Origin: Eledone cirrhosa
Taxonomy: Eukaryota
Direction of reading: 5' to 3'
NCBI GenBank assembly: GCA_964016885.1
Contig: OZ024757.1
Span: forward strand, 26,722,001 to 26,786,000
DNA length: 64,000 nucleotides
Made by a program: the position numbers and the translations under genes. The notes under the pieces were generated by a model. It ran no database searches. It saw only the letters and a program-made list of their open reading frames with translations, and had not been told where the DNA came from. Numbering within the stretch: the stretch's first letter is position 1; every line of letters begins with the position of its first letter. This document shows positions 23,325 through 35,810 of the stretch, piece after piece.

Positions 23325-23502
23325 AAATCCAAAATGCTTTCGATTCTGCTGAAGAAAATTTGAAGAAAGTTGAAAACAGTTTATTCCATGAATCTAATCT
23401 GAATATACTCAGCATGATGGCTATTGCCAAAGATGCTTGCATTTCTCTACAGATGTGGGAGAAAGCCGCCATTTACAGCGAGAAGGTCTTACAGCAAGTT
23501 CC
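23325..23502 (+). CDS. SMYD3: SMYD3-like exon 11 (IQNAFDSAEENL...FHESNLNILSMMAIAKDACISLQMWEKAAIYS)
   Basis: TPR-like C-terminal domain pattern (H..N......A.DACI.L..W..A..Y); TTCAG acceptor, GTGAGT donor. Confidence 0.9.
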
Positions 23503-23763
23503 GTGAGTCTAGCCATGTTTTATCACTAGAATTTTTGTCAACACATTGATATGTATATATGTATGAGTATATAAATATAAATGCGTAAACACAGACACAC
23601 TTACAAAAATACTCTCACAGACATACATTCACACACGGCCTATGAGAGTGGGGCCTAGCTGATACTTTGTTTTGGGGCCCAAGAGCAACCATGCATCATC
23701 CATTTAAAAAAAAAAAAATCTTTGCCTGCTTCATTATATGTTGTTTTTGTTTTTTCTTTAAAG

Positions 23764-23872
23764 GAAATATCCGTCCAGCATCAACATTATTGATAGTTTG
23801 TCTTTACTGAAGTTAGCAAAGCTGTATATATATCTTGACAGACCTACAGAAACTGTGCAAGTATTGAGCCAG
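23764..23872 (+). CDS. SMYD3: SMYD3-like exon 12 (KYPSSINIIDSLSLLKLAKLYIYLDRPTETVQVLSQ)
   Basis: LKLAKL helix typical of the SMYD C-terminal domain; AAG acceptor, GTAAG donor. Confidence 0.88.
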
Positions 23873-25452
23873 GTAAGACTTTCTGTTTCTGTAAATGTCA
23901 TCATCATCATCATTATTGAGTGTTCATTTTTCCCTGCTAGCCAAGCTTGAATATGGTGTCACAGACCAATCAGTATTCATACGAAACTTCTGTGCTCCAA
24001 ATGGGCCAGGAGCTAATTATACAAATCCACACTCTTCTGAGTACTAGGGAAGTTGTCTTGTCTTTGATGAAGCTAAAGGCTCTTTTCAAACCTTTGTTTG
24101 GCAAGTTTTCTACAGCTGGGTGCCCTTTCTATCACCAACCAACCACTTTACAGAGTGTACTGGGTGCCTATATTGTGTATTTATTTTTTTATTCAATTTA
24201 AACGTCTGTATAAAGCTAGTAAGCCATGACAGATTAGGGGAAGTTTCAAGTACTCCTTACAGTTGGTAATCAAAAAGAGCACTAGTGAGACAATAATAAT
24301 AAAAAAACTAAAAGAAATCACTGATGCCCAGTCCACTCTGCAAAGTGGTTGTACTGGTGCAATGACAAAAAGCACCACACTAGCCTGTAAGGTGGTTATA
24401 CAGGTGCTATAAGAAAATTAACCTGGTACACGCCGTGAAATGGTTGCCTCAAAACATGACAACCCATCTAAGCCATGAAAAATAGACATAATACAGTGAT
24501 GATGATGATGGTATATGTCCTAGTTTCCTTAATGTATTTTTTTTCTTCTCTTCATTTCTGTGAGTACACACATAACTAAGCTTCAGAAGCAAACATTTCC
24601 ATGTATATTTTATTGAATAAATATCTCTGTACACACACGGTGATTGCTTCATTTTTACAGATGATTGCTGTCTCCTTCACCAACTCCAAACGTCCGTTCA
24701 TGGCCTCTTAGGTGGCTTTTAAGTCCACCTTTAGATTTGCACAGTCTGCAGCAAATGTGACACAAAAGATGTACCCTCTATTGGATTGATTGGGTCAGCT
24801 CGTGAGGTGTCACCCTTATAATAATAATGATAATAATGAAATTATTGTGTACAGTACTCAGGTACACTTACAACTCATCAAAGGTGCATGTATAGTACAT
24901 AGAATAATGTACAAATGTCAGGAAAATGAACAGTGTGCAGTGTCTCGACAGCTAACAACTGATGCAGGTAGTTTGTTCCATGCTTCAGCAACTCTGAGCA
25001 TGAAAGAATGTTTCCGAAAGTCATGGGAGCTGTGCTGTTTTCTGACTTTGTAGGCATGATACCCTCATATGCGTTTTAAGACCAGAGATTGATTTGCAGA
25101 TTTTTTTGCACACCATACATGTTGACTCACCTAGTATTGGAGGGATAGAGCTGCATACAGTTGGCTTTTCATGTGATCTTAAATGAGTGATGTACCCAGA
25201 TTTAGAGAGCAGTAGATGACTCTCTCACAACTCCAGCTCCCTATGTCCTTATTGAGATCCATACTGTGGCTTTTTCAAAGCTGACGTTTTAATTTTCTCA
25301 TGGCCAAGCCGTCTCTCTTCAAACATTCTGCATCCTTCTTCCACATGTCCTCTCCATAATTACATACATACAAACACACATCCATGGACATACATACATA
25401 ATTACACACACACACCTGTCCCAATTTCATGTGTAAATTATTCTGTTTTCAG

Positions 25453-25563
25453 TGTGAGAAACTTATCAGTAAAACCCATGGCCGAGAGAGTGCACTTTAC
25501 CAACAGATAAAGAGATTACAACAACAATGTGACATTCTGCTGTCAGTTCTCGATGACAAATGA
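25453..25563 (+). CDS. SMYD3: SMYD3-like terminal exon 13 (CEKLISKTHGRESALYQQIKRL...DDK*)
   Basis: TTTCAG acceptor, THG motif, TGA at 25561-25563. AATAAA at about 26571 may be the poly(A) signal. Confidence 0.9.
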   Translation, partial: CEKLISKTHGRESALYQQIKRLQQQCDILLSVLDDK

Positions 25564-28500
25564 ATCCCTTCCTCGCCTCTTCAGAAGGTTTTGCTCCAGG
25601 TGATTTGATTCAGCTCCATGGTATTTGAGTTGTACCTTAGCCAACCCTTTGGAAATGTTATTTCAAATCATATCATAAAGGGACATAACTATATCTCTCC
25701 AGTGTTCCACCAGTTTTAACATTCGCTGCTGATGATGATAATAATAATAATAATAATAATGATAATGTTTCTACTTTTGGCACAAGGCCAGCAATTACCC
25801 CAGTGCATTACCGGTGCTTTATTTTATCGACCCTGTAAGGATGAAATGCAAATTTAACCTCGGAACGTGAAGGGTTATAACTCTATGCTGCAATCCATGG
25901 TGTCTGACACTTGACCAATACTGCCAATCCATGGTTTCTTCATTAACCACAAAGGAAAACATTATGACAGAATAAAAACCGTGTGGGTTTTGCATGTAAA
26001 CAAATTTTAACAATGTTAAAAAAAAAATAATAATAAGGATTTCTTTCATAATATTATGTTTCTACTTTTGGCACAAGGCCAGCAATTATCCCAGTGGATT
26101 ACTGGTCCTTTATTTTATCAACGCAGTAAGGATGAAAAGCATAGTTAACCCGTAGGATTTGAATATTTCATAATAATAATAATAATAATTCTTTCTAATA
26201 TTGGCACAAGGCCAGCAATTTGGGGGAAGGGGAATGCCGATTATATCGACTCCAGTATTTAACTGGTACCTTATTTTATCGATCCTGGAAGGATGAAAGG
26301 CAAAGATGATTTTGGCAGGATTTCAACTCGGAACAGAATTCTGCAAGGAATTTTATTTGATGTTCTAATGATTCTACTATTCTACCTCAGTGATGATTAT
26401 GATGATGATTATTATAATAATGGCTTCTGCTTTAGGCATAATGCCAACAATTTTTTGGGAAAGGGAAAGTCCATTAAATCGACCCCAGTGCATTACTGGT
26501 ACTTTATTGATGATTTCTAACATTTGATCAGAGTATCAACACTTTTACTTGTATAGAGGTGAACATTTTCAATAAAGACATATTTATATTTTCTACATGT
26601 TTTGTTCAACATAAACTTAATTTTCAATGAAACTGCATGAATAAAACATTTTTAAAAAGTACAAAACACTATGACTGCATCACATTAAAAATTAATGTCT
26701 TTACTCTAATACTGCAAATTTTCACAATTAAAAAGATACTAAAAACAATATTTAAAAGTACAAAACAGCACAATTGAATCACATTTAAAATTAATGTTTT
26801 TATTATAATGCTGCAAATTTCCAGGACGATTTGTCTGTCTACTAGTAAAGATAATATTTGCTAATTTAGGCACAAGGCCAGCAATTTAGGAAAAGAGAAA
26901 AGTCAATTAACCCTTTAGCATTTAAACCAGCCATATCCAGCCATAATTCTCTCACCTCTTTCTGTTCATGTTAAGGTATTGTTCTCAAAATAAATATCAA
27001 AATCTCAGATTCAATATTATGTACAGTAAATCATTTAACATGAAAATATAATAGTAAATATAAAGTAATGTAAATGCTAAAGGGTTAAATTGACCCCAGC
27101 ACTTGAACTCAGAACATAGCAAGCTGGAACAAATACTTCAAAGCATTTTGACCAACACTGATAATTCTGTCAAAAACATTTGAAATAATAATTTTTTATA
27201 GATATTTTCTGCTAAATCATTACAAGATGTTATGAGTTAAGCTGTTTTATAGTCCAACATAGTGACATGTAATTCTTTTGTTTCTAAAAGTTGCTGTGAC
27301 ATTTGGTTGATGTTAGTACTATTTTTCAGACATTATGCCAGTAGTTTCCCACCTATTTATTATCAATGGCTTCTCCATTTTATGTCTGTTTTTTAAACTG
27401 GAATGGATTGGACAGGTTGTCAGTCTGAGACCAGATGGGTCAGAGAATCACGGCTTGCTTATAAGTCCCATTTCTAGCATGGGTTCTACAGCTAGATGCC
27501 CTTCCTAATGCCAACTACTTTACATAGTACACTCAGTATATTTTATCATGGCACCAACCTATACCACTTTACAGAGTATACTGGGTGTATTTGGCTCTGT
27601 AATTCAATTGGAGACAGTTGCTTCAGACAGGACCTGCTGTAAGGAGTGTTTGAGGACTCTGTCCCCATGAATATGTGGGCAAAGATCTGTGAGAATGAAA
27701 AGTCAAAGTGACTTTGCTTTGGCAGGATTTGAAATCTGAATGAGGACAAATACCACAAATTACTTTGACCCTCTAACGATTCTGCCACACTGAAAAAGGG
27801 TTACTAATGAAAACATCTCCATTAACTCCCTGATAGCAACACATCCAAAACCACCCCTGCTTTATGATAAAAAACTTTCTTTTAATGTGACCATAAGTAA
27901 TGTTCAGAACATCAGCTTGATAATGTAAAAGTTAGGTGCTTTACGAAATTCCTCCAAATTCTTCTTCACCCACTTATTCCTGAGAGGGTCGTGAAGGCAG
28001 AGTTCTCAAACACTCCCACCAGTAGGTCCTGTCAGAAGCAATCATCTCCAACTGGATCCCCAAGCGTGACAAGCTAAGATCATGGATGTTATCCAGCCAT
28101 CTTGCTCTGGGTCTCCTACCTGTTGGTTTCGCCCGTAAAATCTATCCAGCGATTCTTTCCTGAGACATTCTAACCACATGCCCAGAGTATCAGAGCTGTG
28201 ATCTCTCAATTCAGAGAAGTAGCAGCTCTACCTGGAGTAACTATATTTAAATTTTTCGTCATAGTTTTATGCAAGTACATTTTGTTATGTAATGCTCTGA
28301 ACATCAGCTTAAGAATGTAAAAGGTAGGGGTCTACTTCTGGGTTTTGCCCATAAAATCTGTCCAGCGACTTTCTAACCACATGGTTTTTTGGGCAAATTA
28401 ATGCGAAACATATAGGCAGTGTATTTCATTATAAATATGGTAAACAAAAGGGCTAAGCTTCAGTAAATGAGGTCAAGACAAAACAAGTATTTTAGAAAGG

Positions 28501-28708
28501 TTTTATTTTGAAAAAGACAAAAAAATTAATATTTAGATTTTTTTTCATAAGTGTGCAACAAGCACCAAAAGTCACAAGTCTTTTACTGTTATTATTTCAA
28601 TAAATGTATGCATGTGTGTGTGTGTGTAATTTTTTATTTTGGTGAAATTTGATTAAATCAGCTGGGATATGATAGAAACACCAAGTCATGGTTTAAAAAT
28701 GATGAAGT

Positions 28709-28920
28709 TTAACCCTTTAGCATTTAAACCAGCCATATCCGGCCAGAAATCTTTCACCTCTTTCTGTTCAAACTGGCCATAACCGGCTACCCATACTTAT
28801 GTTATGATATTGTTCTCAAAATATATATCAAAATCTCATAGAGTTGATATGTGAAATAAAGTGTTAACCATAAAAATACAATAGTAAATATAGAGAGTAA
28901 TGTAAATGCTAAAGGGTTAA
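28709..28920. mobile_element. piggyBac-type MITE (representative)
   Basis: TTAA-flanked terminal inverted repeats CCCTTTAGCATTTA...TAAATGCTAAAGGG. Copies at about 26908-27088, 42801-43017, 45664-46057, 46130-46436, 50369-50770, 51400-51939 and 52673-52885. A related TTAA-CCCTTT element spans 9449-9839. Confidence 0.8.
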
Positions 28921-29205
28921 ATTGTAAAAAAAAAAAAAAAAAAGTGATAATTTCATATTTAGGCAGAAAGCCTCAGATTTGAAAGGGAAGGAAACAAAAA
29001 ATGGGAGGAGGAATGTGAAATATTACATTGGAAGGATTTTAGTAGTGTCAGAGATCCAAATTTCTGAAGGTTACAACCTCCCTTTAGTATAAAGATTGTC
29101 AAACATTGGTCTCTACACTCTACGTCCACTGATGATAATGTTGGACTAGCAATAACCACATATCGGATAACACTCTTTGACTATGAATTCTGATATACAC
29201 ACATA

Positions 29206-30768
29206 GCCATACATACAGCATGGGAGCATAAGGCCACACATACAGCATGGGAGCACAAGGCCATACATACAGCATGGGAGCACAAGGCCACACATACAGC
29301 ATGGGAGCACAAGGCCATACATACAGCATGGGAGCACAAGGCCATACATACAGCATGGGAGCACAAGGCCACACATACAGCATGGGAGCACAAGGCCACA
29401 CATACAGGATGGGAGCACAAGGCCATACATACAGGATGGGAGCACAAGGCCACACATACAGCATGGGAGCACAAGGCCATACATACAGCATGGGAGCACA
29501 AGGCCACACATACAGCATGGGAGCACAAGGCCACACATACAGCATGGGAGCACAAGGCCACACATACAGCATGGGAGCACAAGGCCACACATACAGCATG
29601 GGAGCACAAGGCCACACATACAGCATGGGAGCACAAGGCCATACATACAGCATGGGAGCACAAGGCCACACATACAGGATGGGAGCACAAGGCCATACAT
29701 ACAGGATGGGAGCACAAGGCCATACATACAGCATGGGAGCACAAGGCCACACATACAGCATGGGAGCACAAGGCCACACATACAGCATGGGAGCACAAGG
29801 CCACACATACAGCATGGGAGCACAAGGCCACACATACAGGATGGGAGCACAAGGCCATACATACAGGATGGGAGCACAAGGCCATACATACAGGATGGGA
29901 GCACAAGGCCATACATACAGCATGGGAGCACAAGGCCATACATACAGGATGGGAGCACAAGGCCATACATACAGCATGGGAGCACAAGGCCATACATACA
30001 GCATGGGAGCACAAGGCCATACATACAGCATGGGAGCACAAGGCCACACATACAGGATGGGAGCACAAGGCCATACATACAGCATGGGAGCACAAGGCCA
30101 CACATACAGCATGGGAGCACAAGGCCATACATACAGCATGGGAGCACAAGGCCATACATACAGCATGGGAGCACAAGGCCACACATACAGCATGGGAGCA
30201 CAAGGCCACACATACAGCATGGGAGCACAAGGCCACACATACAGCATGGGAGCACAAGGCCACACATACAGCATGGGAGCACAAGGCCACACATACAGGA
30301 TGGGGGCACAAGGCCACACATACAGCATGGGAGCACAAGGCCACACATACAGGATGGGGGCACAAGGCCACACATACAGCATGGGAGCACAAGGCCATAC
30401 ATACAGCATGGGAGCACAAGGCCACACATACAGCATGGGAGCACAAGGCCACACATACAGCATGGGAGCACAAGGCCATACATACAGCATGGGAGCACAA
30501 GGCCACACATACAGGATGGGGGCACAAGGCCACACATACAGCATGGGAGCACAAGGCCATACATACAGCATGGGAGCACAAGGCCACACATACAGCATGG
30601 GAGCACAAGGCCACACATACAGGATGGGGGCACAAGGCCACACATACAGCATGGGAGCACAAGGCCATACATACAGCATGGGAGCACAAGGCCACACATA
30701 CAGCATGGGAGCACAAGGCCACACATACAGCATGGGAGCACAAGGCCACACATACAGGATGGGGGCGC
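29206..30768. repeat. 27-bp minisatellite, about 58 units (GCCA[C/T]ACATACAG[C/G]ATGGG[A/G]GCACAAG)
   Basis: Direct tandem units with three dimorphic positions; no spacers. Confidence 0.97.
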
Positions 30769-31017
30769 ACTATGAATTCTACCAATCAACCTGCCATTAA
30801 TAATCATAGCTTGCAATCTAGGCACAGGGCCTGCAATTTATGTTGGTAGGTGGAGGGAAAAGACAATTATATTGACCTTTGAAGGATGAAAATCAAAGTT
30901 GACTACTGCAGGATTGGAACTCAGAACCAATAATAATAATAGCTTCTAATTGAGACACGCCAGCAATGTGGGCAGAGTGGATTATATTGACCCAGGAAAG
31001 TTGATTTCTTTAATAAT

Positions 31018-31208
31018 AATTGTTTCTATTTTAGGCACAAGGCCAGCAATTACCCAGTACATTACTGGTACTTTATTTTATCGACCCCGTGAGGATGAAA
31101 GGCAGAGTTAACCTCGGCGGGATTTGAACTCAGATCATAAAGGGCCGTAACTCTACGCTTCAAAGCATGGTGTCCGACCCTCTACCGATACTGCCAATCC
31201 ACCGCCCT
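31018..31208 (-). mobile_element. tRNA-derived SINE, family 1 (representative full copy; dozens of copies or fragments in the window)
   Basis: Head GGGCGGTGGATTGGCAGTATCGGTAGAG (A box) ... GAGTTCAAATCC (B box), core GCCTTTCATCCT..CGGGGTCGATAAAATAAAGTACCAG, tail GGCCTTGTGCC..AAGTAGAAAC(AAT/TAT)n. Other copies at about 745-880, 2120-2745, 3487-3667, 4040-4330, 6660-7350, 21020-21360, 25765-26520, 33488-33665, 41950-42290, 43364-44290, 45237-45430, 46305-46835, 47530-47712, 48593-48772, 49205-50010, 54330-55330. Confidence 0.9.
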
Positions 31209-31386
31209 CTTTAATAATAATAGTGGTGGTGGTTAGTAGACTATATAATGGATTGCCACCAGTGCCTGATTTATGATTGTGCTTAAGCCCAGGGTCCCGT
31301 TAGCCAGACAGGGGCCTCATTTGTCCCAAATCCGACATTGATCCCCACTATTGAATGTTTAATAAGTTCTAAATGTGTCTCTAGAC

Positions 31387-31756
31387 CAGTGGTTCCTAAC
31401 CTTTTGTGCACCATGCCCCACTTCAACATCTAAAAATTTATGTTCCCCTTTGACATGAAAACAGCAAGTGTATAGAAATTGGTGTATAAGTGGTACCAAA
31501 TGCACAATAACATATGGAGGAGGTGAGACAGGAGTTTCTGACAGTAATGTGTACCATATAGGTGGTGCCAGATACACACTAACATATGGAGGAGGTGAGA
31601 CAGGAGTTTTTGACAGGAATGTACACCAAAGTTATCTTCTTAAAAGTAATAAAGTAAAATCTTAAGTTTTTTCTCATTAACATCATTTTCAAATGGCCCC
31701 TTTAAATATTCAAATTGCTTCCCTGTGGGGTGTGTGCCCTACGTTGGGAATCACTG
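31387..31756. mobile_element. hAT (Charlie-like) MITE with 8-bp target site duplication
   Basis: TIRs CAGTGGTTCCTAACC / CGTTGGGAATCACTG; perfect CTCTAGAC duplication at 31379-31386 and 31757-31764; internal ~69-bp duplication. Confidence 0.85.
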
Positions 31757-32149
31757 CTCTAGACGAAAAGGTTCATTCCATGCGACAAAGGTGTTCATAT
31801 TACCAATATAAACACTCTTGTTGTCAGGGTGAAAGGTAGGAGAGGCAAGCAGCTAATAGCATACAGTGTTCTCAACTACAAACACACACATATATATCTA
31901 ATTAAAAAATGGAATTAAAGACTCGCATACATCTATCTCCTATAATTTAATGAGCTCAAGGAATAGATTCCGGGCTCTTTATAAATCAGCATATAGAGAT
32001 GCATGTTCAATCATAATAGATTAAAAAAACCCCACCTGATTGAATATATATCTCTGTGTACTTCTCTCTATATGCTGATTTATATATATATATAAATATC
32101 TGTCTTCAAGAAACCACTGGTATATGTTGTTTATTACATAACTATATAT

Positions 32150-32448
32150 CTAGGACGGGTAAAATTCCCGAGATCCATGGACAAGTTCTCTCCAACGGTC
32201 TCTGTCCCTCATTATCGCTGCCATGTTCTGCGTCTCCAACAGACCAGTGTCTGTCCTTAGGGCATCAACATACGTTAACCTTGGTCTTTCTCTTCCAGTG
32301 TGTCCATGTAGGGGCTCTCACAGAAGCACTGAGTGCAATGTCAACTCTGGCTGTCGGTGTGAGCATGTCCAGCTAACCTCAGTCTCCTCTGTGTCACTTT
32401 TGAGCTGACTTTTGGGAGGCTCCCATACAGCTCTGAGTTTTTCATCCT
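32150..32448 (-). mobile_element. RTE-like LINE 3' fragment
   Basis: Minus-strand translation ...EPLHGHTGRERPRLTYVDALRTDTGL...MRDRDRWRELV, typical of RTE C-termini. A similar piece lies at about 47130-47310. Confidence 0.65.
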
Positions 32449-34169
32449 CAGTGTATACTGATTAATGTTATATATATAAAACTATATATATATATACATA
32501 TACATACATACACACACACAAATTCCTCCATCAAAAGATGAAGGAGATAAGTTAAAATAAAACAGGCTGGAAAATTAAGTAAGAGAAAATATATATATTG
32601 CCTGCACAGGTAATCAAAGTGTGTATACATTTGGGGGGACACCCTGTATATATAACAAGTAAGAAGTAACTATAAGGTATTAAACACGTAGACACACAGG
32701 TATCTAGATTTATATACACTCGCTTCAGGAAGGGTTTCTTTGAGGACCTTCTGTTGTCAAGCTCTCCTGAGAGTTTCTTACATACAATATATATATATAT
32801 ACACACACACAAATACATTTCTAATTATATATATATATATATTACCTTCAAAGTTATAGATGTCATGTTTGAGATAATCAAAAATATATACACACTTCAA
32901 TTGCATTCTAGTCAAAGTGTGTGTACGTTTTTTTGTGGGGACACCCTATATATAAGAAAAAAATGTAGTTACTTTGAGAAATTGCTATTGAGAATATTTA
33001 AGCTCTATGTATTGTTTATACAGATAGATTAAGTAGATATTTAAAGGTTAAAAGAAAATGTAATTTTAACACAGAGCATATCAAACATATTCAGATGATA
33101 GAAATAAGTTTTTACATAGTTTAACTCTTACAATTGTTTGAGCAGAAGGCTTTTCCTCAAACACACAATTAGGTAAATGACTAAATATTAATGAAAATAA
33201 TCAAATAGCGAAAGGAACAGTATATATATATATATCAAATTTCTCCCGAATTAAACAGTTCTAGTCCTGTAGAAGCCATTTCTATATATTTACTCTAGTT
33301 TATGTGTGTTTGTCACTTATTTACTTTACATAACACACTCATTACAAGCCTACACCACTTGTAAACATGTAAACAAACATACATATTGTATACAAGTGAG
33401 AAAACCTAGTGAGGATTACCAGTTAATATTCGTCATAAGGTGGATGTAAGCTTGTTTTTACTTTAAAATAAGTCACAGACGAGCAATATTTGTTTCTACT
33501 TTTTTGGCACAGCGCCAGCAATTACCCCAGTGTATTACTGGTGCTTTATTTTATCGACCCCCGTAAGGATGAAAGGCAAAGTTAACCTCGGCGGGATTTG
33601 AACTCAGACCAGAAAGGGTCGAAACTCTATGCTGCAAAACATGGCGTTCGACCTTCTACCGAAACTACACACGAGTTGATATAAAGGACATGGCGGTCAT
33701 TTTTTGACTAAATTAAATAACTGATCGGAAAAAGATGGGCCTCAGCACACATGGGGACCGAACCCTAGTGTATAAACTATATACGTATATATATATATAT
33801 ATATATATACCCCCTATGATTGAACACATATCTATGTATATTTCTCTATATATGCTGCTTTATAAAGAGCCCGGAATCTGGTCCTTGAGCTCATTAAATT
33901 ATAGGGGATGAGTGTGAGTTTTTAACTCGACTTTTTAATCTTGATATACATTATATATATATATATATAGATAGAGAGAGAGAGAGAGATCAGTTGTTAT
34001 TCTACTTATGCTGTACATACATTGTTAATAGTTTTTGCCACCCATAAGTTTTTTTTTTTTTCAAAATTTATTTACTCTATTTCAAACTCCGTTTTAACTT
34101 TGTTCTCCTGTTGTCTTGTTTACCCCCTCCCTCCCCTCCCCGACACACACACACATACATATATATATA

Positions 34170-34277
34170 CAGTAAAATTTCGTTATAACGAAAAATTCTT
34201 TATAACGAGATCTACCTAACACATTGAGCGTGTGGCCGGAGATGGAAAAAAATTTCGTTATAACGGAATTTTACCTG
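34170..34277. mobile_element. Tigger/pogo-like MITE
   Basis: TIR CAGTAAAATTTCGTTATAACG with its inverted copy, in TA context. A pogo/Tc2-like MITE interrupted by a SINE lies at about 45134-45505. Confidence 0.6.
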
Positions 34278-34582
34278 AATATACATACACACACATATAT
34301 ATGATATATTAACACCCTGTATCACTTTAAAAATATATTTTTTCATTCAATGGTCTCTGGTGTAAAACAACAACACAAAACAGGGTTCGAAGTCCATCAA
34401 AGTAGTCGAGGTTATCCAGGGCCTCCGTTATATCATGTATGCTCCATAGAAAATGTACAAAAAACATTTTTCTCACTGTTTAGCAGTAAACTAAAGTTCT
34501 ATATGGTTAAGTAAAGAAAGAAATATAGTTGTTTGGGGCGGAGGGTCATGTTTTCTAGAAGTTCCGGTTATAGATTCAGAAT

Positions 34583-35527
34583 TTACTGGGTGGGTAACAT
34601 GTCAATTGGGGTAGCGAACTTGAATTCGGGGGGGAAGAGGTCTTGTGCTCTGGGATACATCAGTTTATAAGACTGCCGGATAGTTACCTCGGCCACGCCA
34701 GATACAAAATTAATTTCCCGTTGGGTTTTCTTGTTTTCGGAAGCCTGAGATGCCATGTATATGGCAGCTGCAGCAACAGTAACGGGACTTTTGCCCGGCA
34801 CCAGGTCCAGATCAACAGCAGTTTTGGCGATGTGAGTTGCGGCTTTTTGTACGTGGTTTGTCATGCTTAGACTGGAACAGAAACGAGACATGAAGTCCCC
34901 GGTTGTGATTAATTCAACATTGGTCTCCAATGTCTTGAGAATCAATTTAAATGTTCGTCCGATCTCCTTCTTGGAAACTTTCGAAACGGCACAGATCTCT
35001 TTGAAAGTCCTCGGAACCCCTTCCTGTCGACAGGCGATGTACATACACGCTGAAGCAATTGCATCGTTTGCCCTTCCTTTCAAGGATTTGCTCTCGTGGA
35101 CCTGTTTAAATAGAGTATTAGCTTGGTCAGCAATCATCGTCGGTAAATTAAGTCGTTCGGACATTTGGCTGATTTCACGGAAGGCTGTCAACAAAGTTCG
35201 GTCGGATACGCTGAGATTTCTTCGGCTGTGGTACATGGGTTTGCCGTTGTCGTCCAACAATGTGTCGCCCGAGGTGGTGGCTATCATGGTAGACAGGTCC
35301 CCGCCATCCAATAGAGGGTTTTCGGCGGCTCCTACACGAGAGGCGTCTTTGGTGTTCTTGTCGTTGTTGAAGGTACGCCATTCAGAACCGACATCAATAA
35401 CCCTGTCGCCGACAACCAGACCACACTCAGAACATATCATATCACCGGCATGGTAGTCCTCAATCAGCGGAGAGTCGGGATGTGCATAACAATGCAGACT
35501 AGCCATTCGAGTAGCCCTTAACGCCAT
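34583..35527 (-). CDS. GTF2B: General transcription factor IIB, single coding exon, 314 aa
   Basis: Zinc ribbon C..HP...D...GD.IC.ECG, B-reader DVGSEWRTF, and two cyclin folds ([13 protein letters not shown]; [17 protein letters not shown]; VTIRQSY). Confidence 0.97.
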   Translation of the reverse strand: MALRATRMASLHCYAHPDSPLIEDYHAGDMICSECGLVVGDRVIDVGSEWRTFNNDKNTKDASRVGAAENPLLDGGDLSTMIATTSGDTLLDDNGKPMYHSRRNLSVSDRTLLTAFREISQMSERLNLPTMIADQANTLFKQVHESKSLKGRANDAIASACMYIACRQEGVPRTFKEICAVSKVSKKEIGRTFKLILKTLETNVELITTGDFMSRFCSSLSMTNHVQKAATHIAKTAVDLDLVPGKSPVTVAAAAIYMASQASENKKTQREINFVSGVAEVTIRQSYKLMYPRAQDLFPPEFKFATPIDMLPTQ

Positions 35528-35714
35528 CGAGACGCTGTTTCCTTTAAATTTGAGACGATGATATAATTAATAACTATTATTATTATTATAAGAGGATCAG
35601 TAATGGAGAGACACACATAGATATATGTGTGTGTGTATGTATACAAAGCTTTAGTTAACCTGTTTAATGTAACACGCAGTAACTAATTCAAGAAAACTTA
35701 ACACTATGACACTT

Positions 35715-35810
35715 ATAGATTTCTACTTCCGATTCTTTGCACACGTCACAGAAACTGACCAATCAGTGTTGCGTTTACAATTCGAATGAAAAAGTCACTT
35801 CCAGCGACCA
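35715..35810 (-). promoter_or_regulatory. Probable TFIIB promoter region
   Basis: Non-repetitive stretch 190-280 bp upstream of the ATG with CCAATCAG, CACGTCAC (CRE-like) and ACTTCC (ETS-like) motifs. Function is inferred. Confidence 0.35.

Noticed and set aside
29146-29189. ShK toxin domain call for EFIVKECYPICGYC
   Set aside because: Only the last three cysteines fit, and no exon with the N-terminal cysteines of the domain was found.
29206-30768. CRISPR-like array
   Set aside because: Units are contiguous with no unique spacers, there are no cas genes, and the context is eukaryotic.
29120-30825. Four 517-559 aa ORFs as protein-coding genes
   Set aside because: They follow automatically from a 27-bp stop-free unit. 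No independent coding evidence, so kept only as a hypothesis.
31120-31208. tRNA genes
   Set aside because: The A/B-box sequences are SINE heads joined to core and tail sequence, with no complete cloverleaf.
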